Shown: positions 28,906 through 38,737 of the stretch, piece by piece
How the letters are laid out: every line of letters starts with the position of its first letter
Position numbering within the stretch: position 1 is the stretch's first letter
Assembly: GCA_024650005.2 (NCBI GenBank)
Contig: CP122380.1
Location: 832,001-896,000, forward strand
DNA: 64,000 nt
Direction of reading: 5' to 3'
Source: Candidatus Bathyarchaeum tardum
GTDB taxonomy: Archaea; Thermoproteota; Bathyarchaeia; Bathyarchaeales; Bathyarchaeaceae
Made by a program: the position numbers and the translations under genes
The notes under the pieces: generated by a model
The model's input: only the letters and a program-made list of their open reading frames with translations
The model's database searches: none
Told to the model about the DNA's origin: nothing

Positions 28906-31188
28906 TTAATCCAAAAAAACGCCAACTCTGGCTTTAACTTCACCTTTTGGAACCAAACGTTTTGGTATGCATATACGAAATTGAACACCATTTCCAGGAA
29001 CACCAACTTCATCGATGCTCCAACCGTAAACGTTGCACATTAACCGAACAAGATGCAAACCTATTCCGGTTCCTTTGCCGTAGCCTTCGGTGAAAACCTT
29101 CTCTTTTTCCAACTCGCTAATGCCTATGCCGTTGTCTTCATAAAAAACAACCAACTCATCATCCAAATCAGCATAACGCAGGGCGAGACTGGTCACTTTT
29201 TTTCCATGCTTTAGGCTATTTTCAACCAAATTATAAAACAAAGTCTCCAACAAAGAATCAGCAAACAGCTTTAGGCCTTTACAATCATTTAATATTAACA
29301 GATCATCTTTGCGTTTCAAAAAAGACGAAACTGCATTTTCAAAAACTTTACCAACATCGATTTCCTCTAGTTTTTCTGAACCTAACTGCTGAAAAACCCG
29401 AGAAAAATCAAAAATCCGATTAATATCAACAACAGCATTTTCAACCCCCAAAAGATACTGCATAATTTCAGCTTGATTTTCAGGCAACCTCATTTTCGCC
29501 AAATACACATTATTCAAAATCACCGACAACTTGTTAGCTGCATCATGCCGGGTCGATTTACCAACAATATTCAACTTCTCGTTTACTATTTGCAAACTTT
29601 TGACCATAGCCTCTATTTTTTCTTCGGCCCGTTTATACTGGGTAATTTCAGTTATCGTTCCTAGAATCGCATTTTTTCCAGCATACAAAATTAATTTAGT
29701 ACATAAAATTCCCTGTATTACCTCGCCATGCTTTGAAACAATTGAATACTCTACAGGGGGAACATCTTCACCGTTCATATGCTTACAAAAATTTTTCATT
29801 ACCTTTTCTTTATCTTGAGGAGCAATTAAACAGACAAAATCAAAACTTGGATCATAAAACTCATCTTTTGTGTACCCTGTTACTTCTTCACATTTCTTGT
29901 TCGCATAAACAACTTTCCCATTTTGATTAATAAAAATCATGTTAGGCGACTGCTCAGCAAGGGTCCTAAACTTTTGTTCAGACTCTCTTATCTGATTCGC
30001 TTTCAACTTCTGTTTAGTAACATCTAAAGCAATTTCAGTAGCACCAACAATTTTTCCTGCTTCATCTTTTATCGCAGTTGCAACCAAATTCAGATAAACA
30101 ACATTTCCATTCTTACTGTGAATCACCCTGTTATGAACAACTTGATCTTTACCGGTTTCAAAAACCTCTTTCACGCCACAGTTTGCACAAATTGAATCAC
30201 CATATCCAAAAGTAGAATAACACTTTTTTCCGATCACATCACCAAAAATGTTAACCAAAACCTTGTTAGCGTAAACAACATCAAAATCTTTTGAAATAAC
30301 AGACAAACCCGAACGAGTATTCTCAGTTACATTTTCTAACATTCTCTTTTGAAATTTCACGTCCTCTAAAGCCTTTTTTTGCTCGGTAATATCAACAATG
30401 TAACCATTCCATAGGATGCTGCCGTCAGAATGCTTTTCTGGCTTAGAACTACCGAGCATCCACTTGACCGGACCTCCGGGAAATTGAACACGAAACTCAC
30501 TGCGCCATAATTTAAGTTTTTCAGCAGAATCAACAATCGACTGCAAAACCCGATCTTTATCTTCTGCAAAAAGAACTTCTTTAATCGGAAACAAATCAGT
30601 TTTCACCTCGTCAGGGCTGCAACCAAAAACATCTTTAATTCCATCGGTAGAAAAAGGAACACAAAAACTGCCATCGGGCCTCATTTTAAACTGATAAAGC
30701 ATACCCGGAGTTTGCTCAGCAATTTTTTTAAGACGATCTTTATGCTCTTTTAACATTTTTTCGGCTACATTTTTATTAAAAATTTGTTTAACGTAATGGG
30801 ACAATTCACCGTAGACTGTTTCAGGTTTCCCAATTTTGTTAATGTAATAATTTGCACCTAAATTCAACGCTTTTACAGCAACTTCTTCCCGACCTTTTCC
30901 AGTTAACAAAATAAACGGAGTATGATTATTGCTTTCCCTAATTTGAGCTAAAAAAACTAACCCATCTTTTTCAGGCATCTGAAAATCTGAAACAATCACA
31001 TCAAAATCTTGCTTTAAAACAAACTGCAAAGCTTCATTAACTGAACTAACACAAGTGACTAGAATGTTTCCATCCAACTCTAAAATCTGCTTTGACGTAT
31101 CCAAAAAATCTAAATCATCATCTACATGAAGAACCTGTATCGGCTTGAACGTGCCATTACTTAAACATGCTTGACGATTTTTGGTCAA
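28906..31188 (-). CDS. Hybrid REC-PAS(x3) sensor histidine kinase
   Basis: VLHVDDD...SDFQMP...TGKG receiver, three PAS/PAC repeats, RHDAANKL H-box, NLVENSLKHG, DNGIGI and GTGIGL. Confidence 0.92.
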   Translation of the reverse strand: MTKNRQACLSNGTFKPIQVLHVDDDLDFLDTSKQILELDGNILVTCVSSVNEALQFVLKQDFDVIVSDFQMPEKDGLVFLAQIRESNNHTPFILLTGKGREEVAVKALNLGANYYINKIGKPETVYGELSHYVKQIFNKNVAEKMLKEHKDRLKKIAEQTPGMLYQFKMRPDGSFCVPFSTDGIKDVFGCSPDEVKTDLFPIKEVLFAEDKDRVLQSIVDSAEKLKLWRSEFRVQFPGGPVKWMLGSSKPEKHSDGSILWNGYIVDITEQKKALEDVKFQKRMLENVTENTRSGLSVISKDFDVVYANKVLVNIFGDVIGKKCYSTFGYGDSICANCGVKEVFETGKDQVVHNRVIHSKNGNVVYLNLVATAIKDEAGKIVGATEIALDVTKQKLKANQIRESEQKFRTLAEQSPNMIFINQNGKVVYANKKCEEVTGYTKDEFYDPSFDFVCLIAPQDKEKVMKNFCKHMNGEDVPPVEYSIVSKHGEVIQGILCTKLILYAGKNAILGTITEITQYKRAEEKIEAMVKSLQIVNEKLNIVGKSTRHDAANKLSVILNNVYLAKMRLPENQAEIMQYLLGVENAVVDINRIFDFSRVFQQLGSEKLEEIDVGKVFENAVSSFLKRKDDLLILNDCKGLKLFADSLLETLFYNLVENSLKHGKKVTSLALRYADLDDELVVFYEDNGIGISELEKEKVFTEGYGKGTGIGLHLVRLMCNVYGWSIDEVGVPGNGVQFRICIPKRLVPKGEVKARVGVFLD

Positions 31189-31418
31189 ACCAAAACCCCA
31201 ACTAAAAACACAACTGTACTTAACAAAACAAACTAAACAATAAAGGGTTATGAATCCAAAATTAATATCAACATATTAACAAACCCTTCAAACAAAAGTA
31301 AACTTACAACCATCAAAAAAAAACAAAAAAAATACTCAAACACCCATGCAAAAAATAGCCCCCCAACAAACCTTCTTTTTAAACAACCAAAACCGTTTTC
31401 ACAAACAAACAAAACAAA

Positions 31419-31832
31419 CTAAATTGGAGCAAACTTCAAGTTAGCACGGCCTTTAGCACAAACAAGCAACCGTTTACGCTCGGACTCTTTGGTAATCAAA
31501 TCCTTAAAGAAAACTTTAGTTTCCAAATCTTCAGCTTCATCAACAATTTGTTGATACAAACCAAGCATCAAATTTTCAGCCCTAATATCTGACTCAATCA
31601 TTTGTTTTAGGGTAAGATCGGATTTTCCGTCCCCTAAATCAGGAAAATCCCCCATTTTAACAACAAAATCCCCCAAATCCATGGCTTGAATAAATTTATC
31701 CAAAGCATTCTTTCTCAAATCATCTTTAAATTCAGAATTTTCTGCAGTTATGTATTGTTCAAGATACCTGACACTTGAACCAATTTCTTGTTTAATTGCT
31801 TTATTCAACAAATCAACAATCATAACAAACAC
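31419..31832 (-). CDS. Ferritin/bacterioferritin-like protein with degenerate ferroxidase ligands
   Basis: LLNKAIKQEI..VRY and DIRAE...LYQQI four-helix pattern; no ExxH motifs. Confidence 0.65.
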   Translation of the reverse strand: MFVMIVDLLNKAIKQEIGSSVRYLEQYITAENSEFKDDLRKNALDKFIQAMDLGDFVVKMGDFPDLGDGKSDLTLKQMIESDIRAENLMLGLYQQIVDEAEDLETKVFFKDLITKESERKRLLVCAKGRANLKFAPI

Positions 31833-32255
31833 AAATCAAATAATATATACTAAACAAATATTAAAACCCTCGCAAAACATGACACTGTTAAGTTATTTGC
31901 AATAATGTGGAAAATTCTCAATTTTAACTGATTTACTGGTTAATGAATAAATCCATTATATGTGCGAATGAAATTCAACTATCAAACAATATTTTATAAT
32001 AAATTTACCATAAATCTAAACGGCTAGTATTACGGTTTATAGCAATTGCTCCGATGTCATACAATTCGTATATTATAATTTGTACATATCGAATCTTTAA
32101 TATTACCCATAAGGCTGCGATGTTGTAACCCTGGCAAACAATCTAATATGTTAAATTGGTAATTATTTTTTGAATAACAAATATGGATTCTTAATATGTC
32201 CTAAATCGACATAAATCTTAATAAGATTGCAATCGACTAATAAAACTTGATTAAA

Positions 32256-32375
32256 ATGATTTCTCGTTCATGTGACAAAATATTTGCAAAAATTGCACAA
32301 ACAGTCATGCGCAAGCAACTGGACAGTTTTGTCAGCAAGAACAAAAAAGTTTTTGATGAACTTGCTGATAATTAA
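32256..32375 (+). CDS. Unannotated 39-aa putative antitoxin upstream of Doc/Fic
   Basis: MISRSCDKIFAKIAQTVMRKQLDSFVSKNKKVFDELADN; stops 16 nt before the Fic gene; amphipathic helix ending FDELA. Confidence 0.6.
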   Translation: MISRSCDKIFAKIAQTVMRKQLDSFVSKNKKVFDELADN

Positions 32376-32391
32376 AAAACGGCAGTTCTAA

Positions 32392-32943
32392 ATGCGTATC
32401 AATTTCGGAAAAAATGGAATTCTAATAATACATAATTATGTTGTTAAAAATCTCGTTGCTGTAGACGGCGTAAATTATGTTGGAATGATACAGGGCAGTA
32501 TTGATAGAGCATATACAACTGTAAATGGCAAAGAAGTTTTTCCTCATATTATGGACAAAGCAGGTTCAATTCTTTATTCTATGGTAAGATTTCATCCTTT
32601 TGCTGATGGCTGTAAAAGGACAGGATTATTGACTGCTTATTTGTTTCTTTTTTATAATGGATATTATCTACAAATTCCACAAGATAGCGCTAAATTTTTA
32701 GAAGGGATTGCTGCATCGGAAGATCCTGATGAAGAAAATGAATTAAAAGTTATTTTGTGGATACGAAAACATTGTGTAATAGATGCTGTAACAATTTTGA
32801 CCAATGCCTTTATGACGATGCTAACACTTGCTGGATTAAACATTGAAAGATATACAAGTTATCTGTTAAAAAACGACGCGCTGCTTGATGAACTTAGAGA
32901 AAAATTCAGAGACGGAAACCTAGAAGAAAGTAACCGATTATGA
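32392..32943 (+). CDS. Fic/Doc-family toxin
   Basis: HPFADGCKRTG motif preceded by KAGSILYS. Confidence 0.85.
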   Translation: MRINFGKNGILIIHNYVVKNLVAVDGVNYVGMIQGSIDRAYTTVNGKEVFPHIMDKAGSILYSMVRFHPFADGCKRTGLLTAYLFLFYNGYYLQIPQDSAKFLEGIAASEDPDEENELKVILWIRKHCVIDAVTILTNAFMTMLTLAGLNIERYTSYLLKNDALLDELREKFRDGNLEESNRL

Positions 32944-33106
32944 TGACAAATAACTTAACAGTATCCAAAAAACAAAACAAAGGACAAAATACACATTTCT
33001 AGCAAAACAACGATGTCCCATAAACAACGTACTCCACATTTTTCGTAAACAATAAATTGGGTTCTGCCCCAAGAGTGTTAAACTCTACCATAGGCGCTGC
33101 AAAAAA

Positions 33107-34108
33107 ATGAAAAAACTTTCAGGAAAAATACGCACAATAATGATTCCAGTACAAATTGCAGTAAGCATATTGATATTATACCTGCTGTTCCAAAACGTAA
33201 ATTTAACCGAAACTTACCACATATTATCTCAAGTTAACATCCCAATTTTGCTCCTGTCCACCATATTTTTCTTGCTAGCATCTTTCGCCATCGGCTTTGG
33301 ACTGCATGCAGCATTAAAAAGCGTTAACTCTGCACCATCCATGAAAACTACTCAACTAGCAAACTTTGGAGGACAACTGCTTAGTGACATTACCCCCGCA
33401 AAATCAGGATACTTCGCAACCCCAGTGCTGCTTAACCAACTGGAAAAAGTTCCGTACGAAAAAGGGTTAATGAGCGTCATGTCAGTGGGAGCAATCAACT
33501 TTTTCATAAAAGCAATTTTTGCAACTACCGCTTTAGTTTACTTCATAAACCGTATTCCTATTGACCCAACAATGACTAACGCTATGCTGATTGGCATTGC
33601 CATACTGCTAGCAGCAGGAATAGGACTAACCGTACTTGTATGGACCAACTGCTTTAGCGAACTGCTGCTAAAACTAGCCAAAATCCCGGTAATAGGCAAA
33701 CTAATCAAAAAACTATGCGAAATACGAACCATGTTCACCAAAGACAAAACAGGCATACAAAAATCAGCCGTAACCATCATTTTAACTGTAGTAGCTTCCA
33801 TAATTTTCAGCGGAATCTCCTTATACATACTCGCCCAAGCCATGGGACTGACCCAACCCACTTTTCAAGACTTTTTTCTAATGGGACCCTTAACTGCAGT
33901 ATTCATGTACGTCCCAGTAACCTTCGCAGGCCTTGGACTGCAAGAAGCAGCATACGTATTCTTGCTAACAAACATAGGCGCCCCAATAGAAATCGCGTTG
34001 CCCTTTGCCCTTTTGATCAGAATATTAGCTGTAACCACGGACCTGATTGGATTGCCCCCATTGCTAAAAACCAGCACTGGAATATTCAAAAAACTCGACA
34101 AAAACTAA
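33107..34108 (+). CDS. Lysylphosphatidylglycerol synthase TM-domain / flippase-like (UPF0104) protein
   Basis: ITPAKSG and PVTFAGLGLQEAA motifs, about 8 TMs. Confidence 0.85.
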   Translation: MKKLSGKIRTIMIPVQIAVSILILYLLFQNVNLTETYHILSQVNIPILLLSTIFFLLASFAIGFGLHAALKSVNSAPSMKTTQLANFGGQLLSDITPAKSGYFATPVLLNQLEKVPYEKGLMSVMSVGAINFFIKAIFATTALVYFINRIPIDPTMTNAMLIGIAILLAAGIGLTVLVWTNCFSELLLKLAKIPVIGKLIKKLCEIRTMFTKDKTGIQKSAVTIILTVVASIIFSGISLYILAQAMGLTQPTFQDFFLMGPLTAVFMYVPVTFAGLGLQEAAYVFLLTNIGAPIEIALPFALLIRILAVTTDLIGLPPLLKTSTGIFKKLDKN

Positions 34109-34178
34109 CCCCAAAACACAGCCAATTTTTAAAAAAAAGAAAGAAAATGGGATAAAAAATATCCCAACAGCTTGATGT

Positions 34179-35342
34179 TTAATCAGAATACGGCGCGTAT
34201 CCAGCAGCAGCATTGAAAAGGTTAGCCATGTCAAGGCGTATTTGCCCGGAACCTTTGCCTTTGGCGGTTAAAGCAGCGTAGGCATCTTCAGCAGTTACTG
34301 GAATCATGTCAAAGTATGCTTCAAGAATCTCATCTGTGATTCGAGGTTCACCTTCGTGGGGGACACTGTATCTGCCAGGGTTTTCTCCAAGATAAACAGC
34401 AATATTATGTTTCCAAAAACCAGGGGATAAACCGTCAAGTTCTTGCTCACAAACTGGTAAAACTATTCCAGCTCCGAGGAACAATCCACTTGTACCTCGA
34501 CCTGCCCAGTCTTGATCTTCATTTGCACCATAAACTGGAATCGACTCGATTTGAACACACAAATATTCATGATTCTCTGGAATTGATATGCTATCTGTGT
34601 ATGTGTCCCAGGCTCTGCCATCACTTGCATACAATGGATACGTTAAACCACTAGATTGAGCACCTACAGCATCTACAACAGTTTCAACAGGAACCCCTGT
34701 TCCAGTTATCGTCCAAACATCGTTTGGCCTGTCATCGTGTTCAGTTCCTGCACTAAACAAAACCATTTCAACGTCACGAATGTTTGTACACGCATCAAAC
34801 GGGAAGCAAACAACATCACTGTTTGGGCCAAGATCAGGATCCCAACCAAACCAGAAACCATCGGAACCATCCATCCAGATTACACGACTCACGGGAAGGC
34901 TTTCATCTTCATAGATTACAACCAGCCCGGCACCATAATTTCTCCACAGTTCTACTCCAGAAATTGTGTACGTGTTATCTCCTGAGGACACAAGACCAGT
35001 TACATCTTTAACGTAAACAAAGGTGTACTCAGCCCAATTTCCCCAAGGTTCTTCTAAGGTAACATCTGCTACAACATCAACAGCATCAAAAGTCACCTCG
35101 TCGTCACCTAATCCTGCACCGTCAATGCCAGCCCAGTACAAGTAAGCAACCTCAACTGTACCAGGAACATTAATTTGAATGTCACCAGTGGTTAAATCTT
35201 CTAAGCCTACACCTGCAGCAACAATGCCGTAATGGCCGGTCATGTCAACCTTGCTCGTAAATGCAACGTCAGCAAACACTGAAGGAACTATTGTTCCCAT
35301 CATTAACGCAGTTAACATTAAGAAAACTATCTGTTTTTTCAT
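34179..35342 (-). CDS. Secreted acidic beta-rich protein (DUF3344-like)
   Basis: Signal peptide, AYLYWAG, DVT..V..G.N.YTI and GAGLVVIYED motifs; C-terminal GLSPGFWKHN module. Confidence 0.7.
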   Translation of the reverse strand: MKKQIVFLMLTALMMGTIVPSVFADVAFTSKVDMTGHYGIVAAGVGLEDLTTGDIQINVPGTVEVAYLYWAGIDGAGLGDDEVTFDAVDVVADVTLEEPWGNWAEYTFVYVKDVTGLVSSGDNTYTISGVELWRNYGAGLVVIYEDESLPVSRVIWMDGSDGFWFGWDPDLGPNSDVVCFPFDACTNIRDVEMVLFSAGTEHDDRPNDVWTITGTGVPVETVVDAVGAQSSGLTYPLYASDGRAWDTYTDSISIPENHEYLCVQIESIPVYGANEDQDWAGRGTSGLFLGAGIVLPVCEQELDGLSPGFWKHNIAVYLGENPGRYSVPHEGEPRITDEILEAYFDMIPVTAEDAYAALTAKGKGSGQIRLDMANLFNAAAGYAPYSD

Positions 35343-35525
35343 CTTCTTTATCTCCTACTAAAAACAAGTTAAGAGGATATTTAATAATTCAGGAAATTAC
35401 TTCTATAAAAAAACCCAACTTTTAACCGAAAAAAAAACAAATAAAAATTTCAATACAATTAACAAAGAATCTGAAAAAACAAAAAACCTCAATAACTTTT
35501 TATACAATGCAACTGTTTAAACGCT

Positions 35526-36422
35526 ATGCGCAATAAACTAAAAGGATTCCTTTCATTCATTTCTTTTGAACGGGGAATAATGCTGTTCATGATAAACATG
35601 GGCGCAACATTTCTTATTGCAAAGAGTTCACATTTACCTGACGCTGTTTATTTGGGAATTATCGCTTTTTTCTTATGGAGCGGAGTGGACGCTATAAACA
35701 ACGTTTACGACGTTGACTTGGACGTAAAATCTGACCCCAAACGAGCAGAATACACAAAAAACCTTGGAAAACTAGGATTAGCCATATCTTTAGGGCTATT
35801 TGCGGTTACCATGAGCCTGGGCGCAGCAACAGGAATACTATCAGTAGTAATGTTCATTTTCATAGGAATCTTCGCAGGAGTAATATATTCAGTCCCCCCG
35901 TTCCGGCTTAGGCAGACCATATACAAACCCATTGTTAACTTATCCGTAGGAGCAGTACCAGTTTTAATCGTAGCTGCCTTTTACAATGTTTTTTCAATTC
36001 AAATATTCGCTTTAATTTTGCTAATGGGAATATCCACTGCAGTGAACAGCTTATGGGAAGACTTAGCAGACTACAAATCCGACTTTACCGCCAAAGCCAA
36101 AACAACCCTGGTCGTATTAGGATTCAAACGAGGACTTTACTTGACCATAATCTTAGGATACAGCCTGATACCCCTGATGATAATAGTAGGAATACTATTC
36201 CAACTAAACACCATATATTTTGCAATTCTAGCCGCCCTTATCACCTTCATATCTATAAGACTGATACAAAGCCGACACATCATAACCGGAAAACCCAAAC
36301 AAGAAACCATGCTAAAAGCAGGAGAATCCTTTGCTAGAGACTTTGTAATCGTAGCGCTGGTTCACACCACAAACCTGATGATAAGCGGATACCTAACATT
36401 TCAACCAATCATAACAGTATAA
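35526..36422 (+). CDS. UbiA-family prenyltransferase
   Basis: NNVYDVDLD, YSVPPFRLR and EDLADYKSD motifs. Confidence 0.9.
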   Translation: MRNKLKGFLSFISFERGIMLFMINMGATFLIAKSSHLPDAVYLGIIAFFLWSGVDAINNVYDVDLDVKSDPKRAEYTKNLGKLGLAISLGLFAVTMSLGAATGILSVVMFIFIGIFAGVIYSVPPFRLRQTIYKPIVNLSVGAVPVLIVAAFYNVFSIQIFALILLMGISTAVNSLWEDLADYKSDFTAKAKTTLVVLGFKRGLYLTIILGYSLIPLMIIVGILFQLNTIYFAILAALITFISIRLIQSRHIITGKPKQETMLKAGESFARDFVIVALVHTTNLMISGYLTFQPIITV

Positions 36423-36498
36423 AAAACTCCCAAAAAACGAATTCTCGAACAATTAATAAACACCTATGAAAACTAATTTTTCAAGGTGAAATTTTATA

Positions 36499-37002
36499 AT
36501 GAGCAAAACTTCTGAAAACCTGAAAAATGCTTTTGCTGGGGAATCCCAGGCTAACCGAACATATTTGGCCTTTGCTAAAAAAGCAGAAAAAGACGGACAG
36601 CCCCAAATCGCTAAACTTTTCAGGGCAGCAGCTAAAGCAGAAACGGTTCATGCTTTGAACCATTTAGAAATAATCGGAAAAACAAAATCCACTTTAGAAA
36701 ACTTGCAAACAGCAGTTTCAGGGGAAACCTTTGAGTTTGACGAAATGTACCCAAACTACATTGAAACCGCCAAACAAGAAGGAAACAAAAAAGCAGAATG
36801 GAGCTTTAACATCGCTAACCAAGTTGAACAGATCCATGCTAACCTGTTCTCTAAAGCTATTGAAGCGCTGCAAAACAAAACCGAACTAAAAGACAATGAC
36901 TACTACGTATGTGAAGTATGCGGCAACACCGTAGAGGGCTCAGCGCCTGAAAAATGCCCAATATGCGGAGTTTCAAAAGAACGATTCGAAAGAATCTGCT
37001 AA
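36499..37002 (+). CDS. rbr: Rubrerythrin
   Basis: AFAGESQA, ETVHA, EQIH and C-terminal CEVCG...CPICG. Confidence 0.95.
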   Translation: MSKTSENLKNAFAGESQANRTYLAFAKKAEKDGQPQIAKLFRAAAKAETVHALNHLEIIGKTKSTLENLQTAVSGETFEFDEMYPNYIETAKQEGNKKAEWSFNIANQVEQIHANLFSKAIEALQNKTELKDNDYYVCEVCGNTVEGSAPEKCPICGVSKERFERIC

Positions 37003-37079
37003 CTGTTGTTCCCAAAAAATTTAGCTTTCAATAATTAATGCAACAAATACAAGAGATACAAAATATCGTTAATTGTTCG

Positions 37080-37424
37080 CTACTGCTCGGAAACTGCAGT
37101 AGTGAGCAACTCATCATGTTTTTGCTGGCTAATTTTTTTAACATAAGGCGCAGGGTTTACTGAACGCTGAGTGATTAAGCGTTGTTGTATGAATTTGTAG
37201 CCGCAGTCGCATTTGAATCCAATAATTTCATCATTTTCTTTTATTAGGCCATGAATACGGGTTGATTTGCATCCGCTTTGTTGCTTGTGAATTTTCCAAG
37301 TTAAAGCCAAATCATCTATAGTTAAAGGCTGAACAGTTTTTGCTTTGAAAAAATACCATACTAAATATGTGCCTAGTGCTATCCAAAAACCAAAAGCTAA
37401 CAAATCTAACATGTTAATCAACAT
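37080..37424 (-). CDS. Membrane-anchored protein with putative Zn site
   Basis: N-terminal TM, then HKQQSGC...CDCG. Confidence 0.7.
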   Translation of the reverse strand: MLINMLDLLAFGFWIALGTYLVWYFFKAKTVQPLTIDDLALTWKIHKQQSGCKSTRIHGLIKENDEIIGFKCDCGYKFIQQRLITQRSVNPAPYVKKISQQKHDELLTTAVSEQ

Positions 37425-37448
37425 CCATTATTTTTTCATAAATACAAT

Positions 37449-37590
37449 CAGTTAGGTTAAGCCCTTCCCCCAGCAACAGGTTTTCTACAGTGAACACTAA
37501 TCTTTGCAGAATAGAAACCCGAATCTAATTCAAGCAACGTTAGCTTTTCCACGGTATCCACTTACCACCCAACTATGGCTTATTTTGCCA
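37449..37590 (-). ncRNA. Candidate structured leader RNA
   Basis: 9-bp closing stem UAGUUGGGU/ACCUAACUG enclosing several hairpins; locally GC-richer than its flanks. Confidence 0.3.
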
Positions 37591-37778
37591 AAAATTACAT
37601 CAGCAAAAGCAGATTTTAAGTTGTATGAAAGCTTGGTATGAATTAACATTAACTATTCCTGTTCCGATTTAGAATCAGATTAAAACATCGAAAACTACCC
37701 AAACAAACAATTCCACAAAATTGAGCAAAAACACTACCCAAACAGAAAAAGGGCTGCAAGGGAATTAATGCAGAACCA

Positions 37779-38525
37779 TTAGGCTTGAATTCTTTCTTTT
37801 TTCAGTGCCTTGCGGAAAGTTTTGCCACAGTCGTTACATTTGTATAAGCCAATTGTTAGTTTGAGCCGTTCACCTGATTTACTTGGACGCCCAGTCATTT
37901 CCCAGCTTTTAGTTAGGTTCGTCAAAGATTGACAATCGGGACATTCTGCAACCTCTGGATTCTTTAATGCATTAAGCAATTCAGCTCTAAGAGTCTCTCC
38001 GGTGCTCTGGATGCTTACTAGCCTGTCTGCAAGTTGAGTTTCTTTGAACACGTCTTGGATCCACCGGGCAAAATCGCCTCTGTTTTGGTGGAACTCTAAA
38101 GAATCAGTTGGAACTTTTGCAACCTTCTTTTTTAACTCGTCAATGTTGAAAGCAGCCTCAAAAAGTGGCTTATTGAAAGCTTCGTAGAAATAGAATCCCC
38201 ATTCTGAAGTGACCTTTTCGTCTTGCTCCACTGGAATATTCAATTTCGGCAGGTCTCCACAGTCCTTTTTATATTCCGCGAGAAGGCACTTAACTGTTTC
38301 CTCCCAATTTTTTGCGTTCATTCTTCGATAATACATGGTTTCACGTTTGCGGGGATCATCTGAAAAGTTGGTTTCAAGATATCGAGTAAAGGTTTCACGA
38401 AGATCTGAACTACCTCCTAGATAGATCAGGTTTCGGTTTTCGTCGTAAAAAGCGTAGACACCAGTCTCGTTTGGAACACCTTTTGCTCGTTCTCCCCATA
38501 AATACAGGTTACCTAGGATTGGCAT
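37779..38525 (-). CDS. GIY-YIG-like + DUF5752 + Cren7-like Zn-ribbon fusion protein
   Basis: GVYAFYD...IYLG; FYFY...SLEFHQNRGDFARWI; CPDC...KSWEMTGRPSKSG...IGLYKCNDCGKTFRK. Confidence 0.75.
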   Translation of the reverse strand: MPILGNLYLWGERAKGVPNETGVYAFYDENRNLIYLGGSSDLRETFTRYLETNFSDDPRKRETMYYRRMNAKNWEETVKCLLAEYKKDCGDLPKLNIPVEQDEKVTSEWGFYFYEAFNKPLFEAAFNIDELKKKVAKVPTDSLEFHQNRGDFARWIQDVFKETQLADRLVSIQSTGETLRAELLNALKNPEVAECPDCQSLTNLTKSWEMTGRPSKSGERLKLTIGLYKCNDCGKTFRKALKKERIQA

Positions 38526-38737
38526 CTTAAATCAACTAAAATATTATGTTACGGCATATTTATGAAGCCTTTGGCGATTTTTTTGACAAAAAAGCTTCGC
38601 AAATACAATATAAACAAAAAAACCAATTGATTTGTCACCTAATCCAGCTTACTGCGCATTCATGTGCCCTTTGGGAAACAAAAACAACATTTTTACTAAC
38701 TAAATCTTTTTGCTTTAATCTGCTAAACTCGAAACAG

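Noticed and set aside
34410-34440. PGF in GLSPGFWKHN as a PGF-CTERM archaeosortase signal
   Set aside because: It is not followed by a TM helix and basic tail, and it lies about 80 aa from the C-terminus.
37455-37495. CACTG...GGGAAGG as a cobalamin riboswitch
   Set aside because: The B12-box and the upstream AGGGAA/GGTG elements are missing; it is kept only as an unclassified structured leader.
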